Source: Eledone cirrhosa (lineage: Eukaryota). Taken from it: a stretch of DNA of 64,000 nt. Positions within the stretch are counted from its first letter, which is position 1. Each line of letters opens with the position of its first letter. The notes under the pieces were generated by a model. That model worked only from the letters and a program-made list of their open reading frames with translations. It was not told the DNA's origin and searched no databases. The stretch is from positions 39,432,001 to 39,496,000 of the forward strand of contig OZ024742.1 in assembly GCA_964016885.1 (NCBI GenBank). The letters are read 5' to 3'. A program made the translations under genes and the position numbers. Shown in pieces: positions 12,690 to 27,002 of the stretch.

Positions 12690-13290
12690 TGATGGCTGCC
12701 CTCTCGTTATCGAGTATGGTCATTGCACGATATACCATTATTAATAATTATTAATTAATTGTATCGTGTAATGCCTGTGCATGAAGATTTTTTTTTAAGT
12801 GAGGAAAGACTGTGCACTGAGCCAATCCCACTCTCTGAGCGACAGCAGCTTTAACCCGAAAAGAAGAAAAGATCAACATCATCGGTAACTACTAAGCCGC
12901 AGTTTTTATATCGGAGTTATCCCAGTTTCCTGAGTTGTCTTCTCCTAGAAGAATGCCCTGACAAAGGCTAGGGGTCCTTCACTCCCAGTGGTTTAACCGC
13001 GCGATCGGGTGTCCAGCCTGACTATTTCTATGTCCCCGCGCATATACATACACATGCACACATGCATATACATATATACATATACATATGTATATGTGTA
13101 TATACATATTTACACATTTTTGGATGGCCGTTGACACTTATGGGTTCTTCCTCTCTTTGTCAGGTTTTATTTTTTGTCCTGCAGGGTGTCCAAAATTACC
13201 CTCCTCACCAAGTAAACTTTGTGGGGTTGCTGGTTTAGTCGCCGACGACCCCACCATGCGACAGGTTGTACTGGGTTATATGTTACCAGT
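12690..13290 (-). mobile_element. non-autonomous RTE-derived element (5' UTR fused to 3' end)
   Basis: 3' end ccatactcgataacgagagggcagccatc resembles the RTE tail at 37030-37070; second copy at 36450-37017. Confidence 0.65.
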
Positions 13291-13309
13291 AGCACTCAAG
13301 AGTGACTCA

Positions 13310-13572
<263 letters not shown>

Positions 13573-13731
13573 CGGCTGAGCTCCCGCCGTTTCAACAGCT
13601 AGGTCCGAACTGAAACTGCAGGAACTCAGCCGTCAGGGTCCCGAATTTTTCATATTACCCACTCTACTACCTCAAGTATTAAGTACTCTGGCCTAACTGG
13701 TTTTTACCCCTCCCATTCTGATATATATATA

Positions 13732-14066
13732 CGAGCCGAATTATCCGCGCCTTGCTGCGTTTCATATATTTCTTTTGTAAGAAAATGATGATTGACTTTA
13801 AATCAGTGATATAATTTATGGAGAAAAACTCTGTATATCAATATTACTCAATGTAAAATGTAATGCTTGAAAAATTTGAAAACATTATTTTTTGTAATAT
13901 ATCAAATCAAAATTACATTATTAAATCTTATTCTTATTTTGTTTCTTGTAAATAATTTTTTTCAAAATATCAATTCAAAACTTTTGTGAATAGGCATCAG
14001 ATCTTATCATTTACCTATGGTTTAAATTTCATATAAATCTAAGAGAAAAATTTTCAGCGGGGATTT
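13732..14066 (-). mobile_element. internally deleted Helitron derivative
   Basis: matches 60295-60543 joined directly to 61087-61170; 3' hairpin and CTCG (CTAG variant) end. Confidence 0.8.
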
Positions 14067-14088
14067 ATATATGTATGTGTGTATATAT

Positions 14089-14956
<868 letters not shown>

Positions 14957-14982
14957 TTTAAATATATCTATCTATCTATCTA

Positions 14983-15049
<67 letters not shown>

Positions 15050-15061
15050 ATAAATATATAA

Positions 15062-15120
<59 letters not shown>

Positions 15121-15272
15121 AGTATATATATATAAGAGTATAATGTAGGAGGTGAGTTTTATTGTAGTACAATAAAGCAATGCAGATATCGGATAAGAAG
15201 CACTCTACAGTTTGTAGGACTGGAGTATACATAATATATAAGATCAAAAGATGGTTAAAGGAGTTCCATGTA

Positions 15273-15339
15273 TTTTATTATGCGCATTTCAAAAACAAAC
15301 ATCATCATGCAATAATATTTGTGTTTTCATCAGATAAGA
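15273..15339 (-). ncRNA. minimal type I hammerhead
   Basis: ttat CTGATGA [long stem II] GAAA tgcgca TA ataa; palindromic stem III ATGCGCAT. Confidence 0.8.
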
Positions 15340-15488
15340 GTATATATATATATATTTATGTATATGAGTATATATATATATATATATATGAGTATATATA
15401 TATATATATAGGTAAGTTATTCCGGGTTGAATCGGAGGTAACCACAGTAAGTAAGGTACTCAATACATAGCAGAGTAATATAGATGAG

Positions 15489-15535
15489 ATTCTACAGGAC
15501 TAGAACTGTTTCATTCTTTAGAAATCATCAGGAAT
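15489..15535 (-). ncRNA. type I hammerhead (left arm)
   Basis: attc CTGATGA tttctaaagaat GAAA cagttctagtcctg TA gaat. Confidence 0.8.
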
Positions 15536-15564
15536 AAATACCACAACATTTATTTTGGACAGCC

Positions 15565-15615
15565 AGATTCCTGATGATTTCTAAAGAATGAAACAGTTCT
15601 AGACTTGTAGAATCT
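15565..15615 (+). ncRNA. type I hammerhead (right arm)
   Basis: agattc CTGATGA tttctaaagaat GAAA cagttctagacttg TA gaatct; 6-bp stem I, GUA site. Confidence 0.85.
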
Positions 15616-16352
15616 CATCATGGACTCCAGTTATAGGGTATGACTCTTTATTATTATTATTTTTTATATTAAATACTGATTGATCTTCCTTGTATCCCAT
15701 GTCTGATTTAGCCTTAAAGAATAACTGTGTGTGTGTGTGGGTGATCCATGCATATATTTATTATGTTTTAATATCTCTGTGTGCATTGGTTATATGTATA
15801 CATATGATTATTCTTTTAAATTTCCAACTGTGTTCTTATACACGTGGTTTAAACCTAACAGGTTTAATTGACCAGCGTGTATACTGTTTTATTTTATGAT
15901 AACCTCCCTTTACCCTTTTGGGGACAGCGTGTAATTTTTATTTGGGAGAACTACTGGATTTTAATCTACCAGTCTATTCTTAGCGCTGAGGGAGACCATC
16001 ACCATTATATTGATGTCGATATAATTCGTATATCAATATTAATTTGGGCATCCACTGATTAGTTTATAGGAGCCCGCTTGTGTATAAAACTACGGATTAT
16101 ATACAAGTTTCTACATAGCCTGGAAATTATTTATCCCAATTTGTAGAAATCTTATAACGAAACGGCCGTCTGGAAGGAAAGAGATATTTATTTAATAATG
16201 TCTCATATAAAATAATACAATCAATTTTCCACGAAATACTGATTAGTTAGAACCCCAAACACTAAATTGGGATAATACTTAAGTATATCCGAATGTTTGT
16301 TGAGTGAGATGGAATTGGTCGGAGTATCGCAGAAGGCTTTCTCTGTTTATGT

Positions 16353-16434
<82 letters not shown>

Positions 16435-16437
<3 letters not shown>

Positions 16438-17534
16438 ATAATAATAAAATTAAACAAAAAATCTGAGGCAATTTCGGCTTGTAAACATAAATTGCACAAA
16501 ACTTTCCTGTATTACAGCCCCACGTTATACCTTAACGGATAGCACGATCTATACGTGGGTATTTTACGTCTTGATGTGGGAGCTAAGTATATGTTTTGTT
16601 TATTCCTTTACGTATTTGCATAGGTAAGTATATATTACCCGTATGTTTTGTGAAGGTATGTATACCTTCTCGTACGTATATTTGACTGTTATAGCGTATA
16701 ATTTTTACATATTCTGGTATTTAGGGTTTGGCTATGTGTATACGGGAGTTTTGCGTCCGCGTGAGTATGCAGGTTCGTACGTATGGTGGGTGTGTGTATA
16801 TGTGTACTTCTTGTTTTAGTTGACTTACGTCTCCAAACATTCGTGTATTTATATGTAGGTATGCGTGTGCGCTTGTTATATACGTATTTATTTACTTATA
16901 TACGTTTATATAATTATTTATTTATTTGTACACAAACATACACACACACACACATATTTATATGTGCGTGGTTTTGTATACCCATGGTAAGGTTTTGCGT
17001 ATGCTTGTGTATGTACGTATCTGTTTGCGTGTATGTATTTATTTGTTCCTATTACTTCTGTATTGTATTTATTTACTTTGTTCTTAACTCTGTAGCGGAG
17101 ATTCATTTGGTCTCCTAGTTAGAATTTTAGTCTACGATTACTGCTATACCATTTACGTGGTTTTGTCTTTGTGTGCTATTGTTCTCCACGCTCCACATAT
17201 GACTTATTATCTTCGTTTTTTCGTTCATTGCCAGAGAACGTCTCTATGCACCACCTAAGAGAACATTAGTCTACGACCTCTTTTATAGCATAAACGTGGT
17301 TTTGTCTTTGCGCGTAATTGTTTTTCACCGCTCCTATTAATGACGTATTATTCGTTTTTTCCCGTTCTTTGCCAGCGAACGTTACCACGAACCAAAGTAT
17401 CGTCTTCCTGTCTTCCTCCGGTTGCAACGTTTTTTGAAATATCCAGTTCTGCGTTTACAGATTGACTTTGTTAGTTTCAGAAGATCCCGTTTAGGGTGAA
17501 AGCAGCGATTCTTTGCTTAAACTTTAATCTGTTA

Positions 17535-17540
<6 letters not shown>
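16435..17540 (+). mobile_element. 3' end of a Hydra-type PLE (endonuclease C-terminus + pLTR)
   Basis: LNKKSEAISACKHK matches the C-termini of the ORFs at 18966 and 24339; ends with hammerhead then (TA)n. Confidence 0.7.
17473..17523 (+). ncRNA. type I hammerhead-like motif, A4 core variant
   Basis: agttt CAGAAGA tcccgtttagggt GAAA gcagcgattctttgc TT aaact. Confidence 0.65.
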
Positions 17541-17603
<63 letters not shown>

Positions 17604-17606
<3 letters not shown>

Positions 17607-20135
17607 TATAATAAACAATACAATATAATTACCGCATTACCAGAGGTTTCCCGAATAAGACGAATACAAGAAACGTCCTCATTCGTTCGTCAGACAAGGC
17701 AATTTAAAATATAGTGAAATATTTGAAAAATCTCCTCAAGAAAGGCAAAAGTTTAACGGGCAAAAAAAATATATAAATAAAAGTAATGCAAGAGATATAT
17801 AAAAATAAGGAAATATAGTAAGGGTATGTGTATAAATGTGTGTATATGCACCTACAAATGTACATATGTGTGTATGTACAAATGCATGTGTATAGTGAAA
17901 AAATGTGTGCGTAAGTACATACATGAGGGCAAGCATATCAGTGTATGTGTGACCACAAATACATACATAATATATGTTGAAAAAAGAAATTGTAAGATAA
18001 TAGAGTTAGCGTACATACAGACTCAGGGACTAAGGATTGAAATATACACACATACAAGTATGAAAGTACGCGTATAAACACACACACGCGCAACCACATA
18101 CATGCATGTGATATATACAGGGAAGGGAGTGTATCAGTCAAATCAGTGTCAGGCTGAAGGTCGATGCATATATAAAAATATAAAATATGAAAATGAAAAA
18201 ATATATGAGAATAAAAAATTAAATCAAAGAGAAAGTAAGAGGGAGGGGTTATCAATTATAAAGTAACACTAGAAAAAATATAAAACATACAAAGGTTCGT
18301 ACACACACATATATATATATATAAATATATATATAAATACGTACAGACAAAAGCACATACATGCGTACATACATACAAAAGCGCGCATACATACACACGA
18401 AGCACATATATATATATATACATACATGTACATCTAATCACACGCACGCACGCGACCATATATACATATATATACATATATATATATATACACACACATA
18501 TATATATATATACATATACACACACATATATATAAGTATGTAAAAAACATAGATATAAAAACACACATACACACACACATATACACATACGAATGCATTC
18601 GTATACATATACAAACACGTATACACACATATGCACACTTACACGCATACATACAATATAAAAACCGGCCGTATGAATAAATGAATACAAATTATACGCT
18701 AGTAAACATACATAAAAGCGGCTGAGGGACAACAGAATATATCTGGAGTTGAAAACGCAAGTGACAAGTGATATCAGGTAGTGAAATAAAAGAGGGAAGT
18801 AAAATATGTAAAATTGTGAAGATATAAAGTAAGTGAATCAAAAAGCAGGGGGGGGGGGATCACTGGTGTATGTGAAGTAAAAATAAAGTTAAAAATAAAA
18901 ATAAAAGTAAATCAGAAAGAGAAGTCTGTAAAGAAGGTAAGTTAAGGAAAGTGAAGAACAAGAGTTTATGGAGGATAAGTATCTGAAAGTGAGTTAAGTT
19001 TACATGAGCTGGAAAGCAAGTGTGATTTCATGTGTGGACAACTGGTAAAAATTTCTGTTTTTGCATTTAGGCAGGTTTTTGGTGATTTAAGGTTCTGTAA
19101 AATCCAATATTTTTCACTTATGCAGAGTGCGCATCTTGTTCCTCTTGCATATTCTTTAGATTGGTTCAAAATTTTCCAATCTAATTTATATTGGATACCT
19201 TGGTCTTTCAAATCCCATATTCTGCTAGCCAGAGCTGTTGTAAATCTTTTTTCAAGATGTCGGAAAGATGCGACATGTGAGACGCGTTTTGAATTTGTCT
19301 TGTGTCATACCCACATATCGTTCGCTGGTGGTTGGTAGGTTGTTGCTGGTGGTTGTCACTTTAGCCGCATATACAATGGCTTTGGTGTTGCATTTACCTT
19401 GTAATGGGCATTCACTTTTGACTATACAGGAGCAATTTTGATGTTCTCTGGGTATTTTCATATTGAGGATATAAGATTTAATAGGGGGACCGCAGGAGTA
19501 GCTGATTTTGACACAGTTTCTATTGAAGATCTTATAGTATCTATGTATTCTAGGGAAATGTTTATCTAAGAGCTCTAGAAATGTTTTGCCTACATTAGTT
19601 TTAACTGTTAAAGAGTAGGGGGGTGTGAACCAGATTATTTTTCTTTTCCTATTATTATGTTTAAAGAAGTTAGTATTGTTGAGTATGTACTTAATCGGTT
19701 CGCTAAATCCGCTATTTTGAAGGGTTTTATTATAGTAGGGGGATGCCTTATTGAAAATAGCTTCTGAGGAAGAGAGGGTGGAGATCCTACGGCTAATATT
19801 AGGGATAAGATTTTTAAAAACTATAGGAGGATGGCAAGAGTCTTTATTTATATATTTTAAATTTTCATTAGGTTTATGGTATGGTTTATAAGAAGCAGTA
19901 GGCAGATCTAGGTTTATATCTAGAAAATTAACATTAGAAAGGTTAGTGTCAATGGTAATTTTAAGATTAAAACTAGCGAAGGTTTTTATTAAGTCTTTCC
20001 TGAATCTATCTAAGTTATGGCCTATGGTGGTATGGGAAAGTATTAGACCATCGTCGCGATAAAGCCCAAAGGTATGGTTAGGGAATTTCTCTTTAAGTGT
20101 GTGTAGGAGGAATAGGCCGACTAAATCACACGTCA
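17604..20135 (-). mobile_element. Hydra-type PLE, 5'-truncated
   Basis: YRDDG, IIWFTPPYS, CSCIVKSECPLQGKC (CxCx5Cx5C), IVY...YVGMT, CALCISEK; frameshift near 19255; 3' UTR ends in a hammerhead. Confidence 0.9.
17628..17703 (-). ncRNA. type I hammerhead
   Basis: attgccttgt CTGACGA [cgaatgaggacg/cgtcttattcg stem] GAAA cctctgg TA atgcggtaat. Confidence 0.8.
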
Positions 20136-20204
20136 GCACTGTCAACGGAAACTTCAATACATATATATATATATAGTTATGTAATAAACAACATAAGATA
20201 ATCA

Positions 20205-20264
20205 TTTCATTTACCAGTGGTTTCTTGAAAGCAACCAAATTTGCTTTCATTCATCAGAATGAAA
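20205..20264 (-). ncRNA. minimal type I hammerhead (family A)
   Basis: tttcatt CTGATGA a-tgaaagcaa-atttgg-ttgctttca-a GAAA ccactgg TA aatgaaa. Confidence 0.85.
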
Positions 20265-20570
20265 ATATCCTGGTGTCTTTATTGACAGTCGATTTGAAAA
20301 ACAAAAATATAACAGATATGAAAGTGAGGCTGGAGGAAAAAGAGGGTGGGAGGGGAGTAATAAATAAGAATATATGACAAAACACACACGTACACAAACA
20401 CACGCACACACGGACACACACTCACATATACACACATATATACATATACATATACACATATACACGCATATATACACATATATATACACAGAGACACAGA
20501 TACACACACATACATATATATATACATAATATATTAATAAATGGAAACTATATTTATAACACCATATTTC

Positions 20571-20632
20571 TTTTATTATATATATTTCAAGGGCAACCAA
20601 GGCAAATTATGGTGCGCTCTACTCAGATAAAA
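20571..20632 (-). ncRNA. hammerhead, family B, mutated core
   Basis: core reads CTGAGTA; stems as in 39763-39828. Confidence 0.55.
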
Positions 20633-20946
20633 TACAGATTTGTTTTATAAATAAATATTGATATACCCGGAAAAAAGACAACCTTAACGGTTGGAGCTTC
20701 CTGGATATATATACATATATATCCATACATAAATACACCAACACACACATATATATATATACATATACATATATATACATGCACACACATACATATATAT
20801 ATATATATACATATATGCAAAAGTTCTATTTAAATTGTTGGGATACAACAAGTAAATATTTTTATAACTGATATAAAGCACTCGACAAGTATTTGGAGTA
20901 GATATACGATATTAACAAATGGAAACTATATTTATAAAACCATATT

Positions 20947-21011
20947 TATTTCATTATACCTATTTCAAGGATACCAAGTTAAATTATGGTATGCCTTCAT
21001 CAGACAAAATA
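20947..21011 (-). ncRNA. minimal hammerhead, family B' (left arm)
   Basis: tattttgt CTGATGA aggcatacca..tggtatcctt GAAA taggta TA atgaaata. Confidence 0.75.
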
Positions 21012-21170
21012 CAATATATACCAGTTTTATAAATAAACATTTCTTTTCTCCACGTTTCTCTCTCTCCGTCTTTTTACTTATCCTTAACACTACGAATTAC
21101 TAAAATAAACAAACCATTATCCTGATGTCTTCCAAAAGTAAATGTTTATTTATAAAACTGGTGTATATTG

Positions 21171-21235
21171 TATTTTGTCTGATGAAGGCATACCATAATT
21201 TAACTTGGTATCCTTGAAATATGTATAATGAAATA
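21171..21235 (+). ncRNA. minimal hammerhead, family B' (right arm)
   Basis: tattttgt CTGATGA aggcatacca..tggtatcctt GAAA tatgta TA atgaaata; stem I with two G-U pairs. Confidence 0.8.
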
Positions 21236-22000
21236 AATATGGTTTTATAAATATAGTTTCCATTTGTTAATATCGTATATATACATATATATATATATAC
21301 ATATATATACATACATACATTCACACACACATATACATACACAGATATATACACACATGAATACGTACTCACATATAAAAGGATACATATGCACACACAC
21401 AAATAAGAATAAATAATCATATTAGGCCGTCACATACAAATAAGCAAATAAAAAATAAGGATTAAGAAAATAAAAAATAAAAAATAAAAAATATTATTAA
21501 GTTGACAGCGATACAAGACTGCAAAATTTAAAATAAAAATAAAAATAATAATAATAATAAATGTCCAAACGTACGTGGTAAGCAAATGCACAAAAACAAC
21601 TAAATATATATATATATATAAAAAAATTTATATACATATATATACACACACATACACACATATATGTGTACACACACACACATATATATACATATACACC
21701 CACACATACGCATACATATAAATATACAAGTACACCCCATACATATAAACACAGCACGGACACAAAAGAGTATATACATACAAATACATATACACGCACA
21801 CATAAATGCATACAACCACATACACACATATAGTATAAACATTTCTTAAACATAAAAACATAAATATAAAACACTATAAAGTTACATACACACATACGCA
21901 TAAGTACGTACACACGCGCACACACAAACATAAACACACACATACACATATATATATATATATATATATATCCAATATATTAACAAATGGAAACTATATT

Positions 22001-22066
22001 TATTTCATTATACATATTTCAAGGGCCACCAAGGCAGATTATGGTGCGCTTTCATCAGATAAAATA
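22001..22066 (-). ncRNA. minimal hammerhead, family B
   Basis: tattttat CTGATGA aagcgcacca..tggtggccctt GAAA tatgta TA atgaaata. Confidence 0.8.
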
Positions 22067-22859
22067 TAATATAGATTAGTTTTATAAATAAATATTGACA
22101 TACCCTGAAAAATGCAACCTTCACGGTTGGAGTCTCCCGGATAGTGGAGATATTAGATTTATTGTTGGTTTATTATGCAAATAAGTGTCGGAAAGGTTTA
22201 AATAACAGTATATTTAAATTACGCCGTTGGAAGAGGGAAAAAAGAAAGAGAAAAGGAAAGAGAAGAAGAAATAGAAAAAGAAAGAGATAGAGAAACAACG
22301 TGAGTATATTTAAGTGAGAGAGAATATTAGTTATAAGGACAGTAATAACGTAATTATTGTTTACGTTATGAGAGAAGAAGCGAAGAAATGATATATCGTA
22401 GATGAATAATAGCCGGATTCATTATAATGATAGGTTGATGAATTTTATCTAGGGTTTAATTAATAAATTTGATTAAATGTTTAATTAATAAATTATCAAT
22501 TCAATCAGTAGTTTAAATGTGTATGTTAAAAAAAACTTTTATATATATTTATATATACTATTAAAAAATATACTATTATTACAAAACCATATATATTATT
22601 ATTATTATAATAAGATATATTATTATAATAAGATATATTATTATCATTAATTATTAAAAAATTATTAAAAAATTATTAAAAATTAATTATTAAAAAATTG
22701 TAGGTTTACGAACAATTCTAAGCCCATGGAAATTCAGAGAGTTTACAGAAGAATAATCCCTTATTTGTATTATAATAGCAGTACAGCGTAAAGGAAAATT
22801 GTTAGTGATTTATTAATAATTCAGGTAACTCTAAGGATTAATAATATATATATGTGTAT

Positions 22860-22933
<74 letters not shown>

Positions 22934-23082
22934 TTATGTGTGTGTGTGTATTTTTATTTATGTGGTGTTGTAACCCTTTGTACTTATGTGTGTGTGTATA
23001 TTAGTGTGTGTGTGTATATATACATATATATATATATATATGTGTGTATACAAGATCAAAAGATGGTTAAAAGAGTTCCATG

Positions 23083-23153
23083 TATTTTATTATGCGCATT
23101 TAAAAAACAAATATCATCATGGGATGATACTTGCGTTCTCATCAGATAAAATA
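23083..23153 (-). ncRNA. minimal hammerhead with G12 mutated (TAAA)
   Basis: tattttat CTGATGA ... TAAA tgcgca TA ataaaata; sister of 15273-15339. Confidence 0.65.
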
Positions 23154-23560
23154 GGGAGACATGATATGAAGTTTAAAAACACTTGCGAGCAGTGAAGTGT
23201 TAAATCTACATATGAAAAATAAAATAAAATGGATATATGAGATTGGGAAAAAAAGAAGGAAGGGGGAAGGAAAAGGTAAGGAAGAGGAAGAAAGAAAATA
23301 AAGGATAACAGGGGAGGAGTATAAGAAGGAAGGATGGGAGAGGAGGAGAAATTAGTGAGAGAGAGAGAGAGAGATATAGCCTTTAATACTGAGAAACACT
23401 GTCTCACAGAGAGAAATTAAAAAAAACCGTTGTAAGATAATACATAATTTAAAAAAAATTTGAAATTAAAAGTTAATGAGGTTTATGAATGGTGATGTTT
23501 ATGATTAAAGAAAATGAATTAAGAATAGTATTTATTTAAGGTTTATATATTGAAGGGTTT

Positions 23561-23751
23561 AATAATTGTTTCTACTTTAGGCACAAGGCCAGCAATTACC
23601 CAGTGCATTACTGGTACTTTATTTTATCGACCCCGTAAGGATGAAAGGCAAAGTCAACCTCGGCGGGATTTGAACTCAGATCGTAAAGGGACGTAACTAT
23701 GCTGGAAAGCATGGCGTCCGACCCTCTACCGATACTGCCAATCCACCGCCC
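23561..23751 (-). mobile_element. full-length tRNA-derived SINE with 15-bp TSD
   Basis: A box tggcagtatcggt, B box gagttcaaatccc; TSD gaagggtttaataat at 23552-23566 and 23752-23766. Confidence 0.92.
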
Positions 23752-25705
23752 GAAGGGTTTAATAATATGTGCGAAAAGGAATTTATTAATATGTATTATT
23801 AAAATAAAAATATTAAGGAGATAATGTGAATGAAGAAGAGATTAAATGAATTATGAACTTAGAGGAATTAGTTAGGGTCTAAGTTTGTTTCTATGTATTG
23901 TAATATGAAAAAGTAAATAATAGGTTAAATACGAGCACAGAAGGAGAGAAGAAAGGAGAAAATTTAAGGAAGAAAAAATATATAACGTCAAAAAAAAAAT
24001 ACATATTTACAACATTTACTAATGGTAATATTAGTATATATTAAAAATATAGTTTGTATGGCCAAGAATATAAGGAAAATGCTATAGTGAGTAATAATAT
24101 GAATTAAGAAGTAATTGAGAAGTAAAAGTTACAGATTAAAGATTATAAATTAAAAAAGAAAAAAGGAAAAAAGGAAAAAAGGATAAAAAAGAAGAAAAAA
24201 TAGGGGATCGCTAACGACATAGAATGAGTAAATTGTATCATATAATATACTGAAATAAGGTAGAAAGATGGGTATATTTGTAAAAGATATAAAAGCGTTT
24301 GAGAAAAGAAGATTTTAAACTAATTAGGTAGTGTGATATTAGCTGTATACTTTATGGAAAGTTCTATGTGATTTATCCAAGCAGAGCGAAAATAAATCCG
24401 TACGTCTATTTATTATAGAATTAAAATTAGAGATAATGATAAATTTCTCGGTTAGGCAGAGATTACATGTTCTGGATAGGGAAGAATTTCGGTAAGGAGA
24501 GGCGTTGCAAACCTTCCTCCAAGAAATGTTGTAGTTAATATTTTTGTCTTTTAAGAACAATATGAGTTCTGAGAGTGCCGTGTTAGTTCTTTTGAGTTGG
24601 TATTTAAAAGACGAATTGTGATTATAAAATCTTGCTTTAAAGGAAGTGGAAGTGGAACCAACATAGGTAAAAGAATTAGTACCAGTTATAACCTTACATT
24701 CATACGCTAAATTTTTATCAAGACATTGGTTATTAAGAGGACATTTATTTCTAACAGGGCAATTACAATTACGATTAGAGAAATTACCAGCGTTATTAAC
24801 AAGTGACCTAGTATTATTTATAGAAGGAATTGGATTGGAGAAGTTATTTACGATAGGTGCTAAAGTTTCCTCATTTAGATTGGTGTTATGAACATTCGAC
24901 AAAGTTACGTGTGACGTCGTATTTAAATTTACTGAATCTAGCCTAGAGTTAACATTGACGTCGGGTTTACTATTGCTATTATTATGACGCTCAGTGTTGG
25001 ATGGATATAATTTATTATTTAATATTTTATTATTATGTTTAGAGATAATGTTAGAGATGTTGGAAGTGGTGGAATAAGAGAATTTGATTGTATGTTTGTT
25101 AAAGATCTTACTATAGATATGCGAGGGAGGGAAGAATTTATCTAAGGCACTAAAAAATAGTTTAGGAATATTACTAGTAATAGATAGAGAAAAAGGAGAG
25201 TTGTACCAAATCATATTTTTGTATCTAGGTTTTTTATTTAAGTTATTAGAATGTTCATAACTAATTATTTTACTATAAGTCTTACGATGATTGGTTTCTT
25301 TACTGTATTTAATTTTGTCAGGATAACCGGCTTTGGAAAGAGCATTATTATAATAATTGGCATTAGCGTCGAAGATAACTTTATTAGAGGATTGATTTGA
25401 GATTCTTTTTTCAACATTACTGACTATAGCATTTTTAACGTTAATGGGGGGGGGGGGGGTAGATTTAAAATTAACATAATTTAGATTCTCATTGCCTTTA
25501 TGGTAAGGGTAATATAGGCCGGTGTCAAGATTAAGGGATATATCCAGGAAGTTAGCTAGTTTGACGTTGTTTTCAAATTCAATTTTTAGGTTATAGTGCT
25601 TAAATAGATCAAGTATATTATTCTTAATAATATTAAGGTTAACTAGGTTACTGTTTACGACAGTAAAAAGGGCATCATGTATATATGTATATATATATAT
25701 ATATA

Positions 25706-25924
25706 TTAGAAAGTGAGGTTTTTTTTTTAAATTTTTTTTTTACAAAATGAAAAATAACCCAGGTGTCCTACACGAGTGAAAGTATAAAGAAAAAGAGATG
25801 AAATCGAAAATGCAACTGGAGTCTTATTTTTTTAAAAAATATATATATTTATTTGGTTCCTTTACCGGTTTCGCAGTTCTTCTGCTTTTCAAAAGGTGAG
25901 TTGAGATGGAGGGTCTGTGGTTTT

Positions 25925-25929
<5 letters not shown>
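25706..25929 (-). mobile_element. solo 3' end of the Neptune-type PLE, with U3-A8 hammerhead at 25859-25896
   Basis: matches 11030-11241; (TA)n on both sides. Confidence 0.9.
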
Positions 25930-26014
<85 letters not shown>

Positions 26015-26243
26015 ATGTAGTTGGTTGTATGTGTGTGTGTGTGTATGTATGGTTTTGTATGTATATGCATAATTACATACAGAGTTTTTTAATGCTTACT
26101 TTTATTGATTATTTGCTCCAGGAACTGTTGAGTGCTCTTAATCAGCTATAAACATTTATACCTTTATTTTTTTATTTGTCGTATCCCCTACTATTTGAAT
26201 ACCCCTTCCTTCCCTTTATTTTTATTTTGTGTATGTATGTATA

Positions 26244-26294
<51 letters not shown>

Positions 26295-26885
26295 ATGTGT
26301 GTTTATGTGTGTGTATATGTATATATATATATGCATAGAATTGAAAATAATTTTTTGTGTATTTCTTTTGTGTATATATATATATATGTGTGTATGTATG
26401 TATGTATGTATGTATGTATGTATGTATGTATGTATGTATGTATGTATGTATGTATGTATGTATATGTATATGTGTACGTGTATATATATAGGTATATATA
26501 TATATGTGTGTGTATGTGTGTAGGTGTGTAGGTGTGTATATGTGTGTAAATATATATGTATATATTTACATATATATATGTGTGTATATATATATATATA
26601 TTATATATGTGTATGTGCGTGCTTGTGTATCTACTTATACGTATGTGTGTATGTAACTTTATAGTTTTTTTATATTTATGTTTTTATCTTTAAGAAATGT
26701 TTATACTATATGTGTGTATGTGGTTGTATGCATTTATGTGTGCGTGTATATGTATTTGTATCTATATACTCTTTTGTGTCTGTGCTGTGTTTATATGTAT
26801 GCGTATGTGTGTGTATATATATGTGTGTGTATATGCATATATATGTATATATATATATATGTGTGTGTATGTACACATATATATA

Positions 26886-26918
<33 letters not shown>

Positions 26919-26931
26919 AAATCAATAGAGC

Positions 26932-26999
<68 letters not shown>

Positions 27000-27002
<3 letters not shown>

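Larger units (their letters stand above)
20170..21950 (-). mobile_element. microsatellite-rich PLE 3' UTR/pLTR (family A), interrupted by family B insertions
   Basis: colinear with the + strand copy 26610-26915 + 27835-27910 + 33500-34200. Confidence 0.7.
23051..25678 (-). mobile_element. Hydra-type PLE, 5'-truncated at the RT active-site region
   Basis: NFLDISLNLDTGLYYPYHK, IWYNSPFS, CNCPVRNKCPLNNQC, LAY...YVGST, CNLCLTEK (ORF 24339-25214); long 3' UTR with hammerhead. Confidence 0.88.

Noticed and set aside
13205-13290. Possible HDV-like ribozyme at the 5' end of the RTE-derived element
   Set aside because: Hairpins are visible, but I could not build the nested double pseudoknot by eye; a descriptor search is needed
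16085-16180. Long hairpin followed by GAAA cggccg TC
   Set aside because: Stem III palindrome fits, but the core reads CTACGGA and stem I does not pair; at best a decayed relic
20136-20250. N-terminus of the 332-aa ORF (19252-20250)
   Set aside because: Chance read-through from an adjacent pLTR and (TA)n; the RT is 5'-truncated near 20135
23680-23751. Functional tRNA genes in A/B-box-containing segments
   Set aside because: No complete cloverleaf; followed by SINE body and flanked by TSDs
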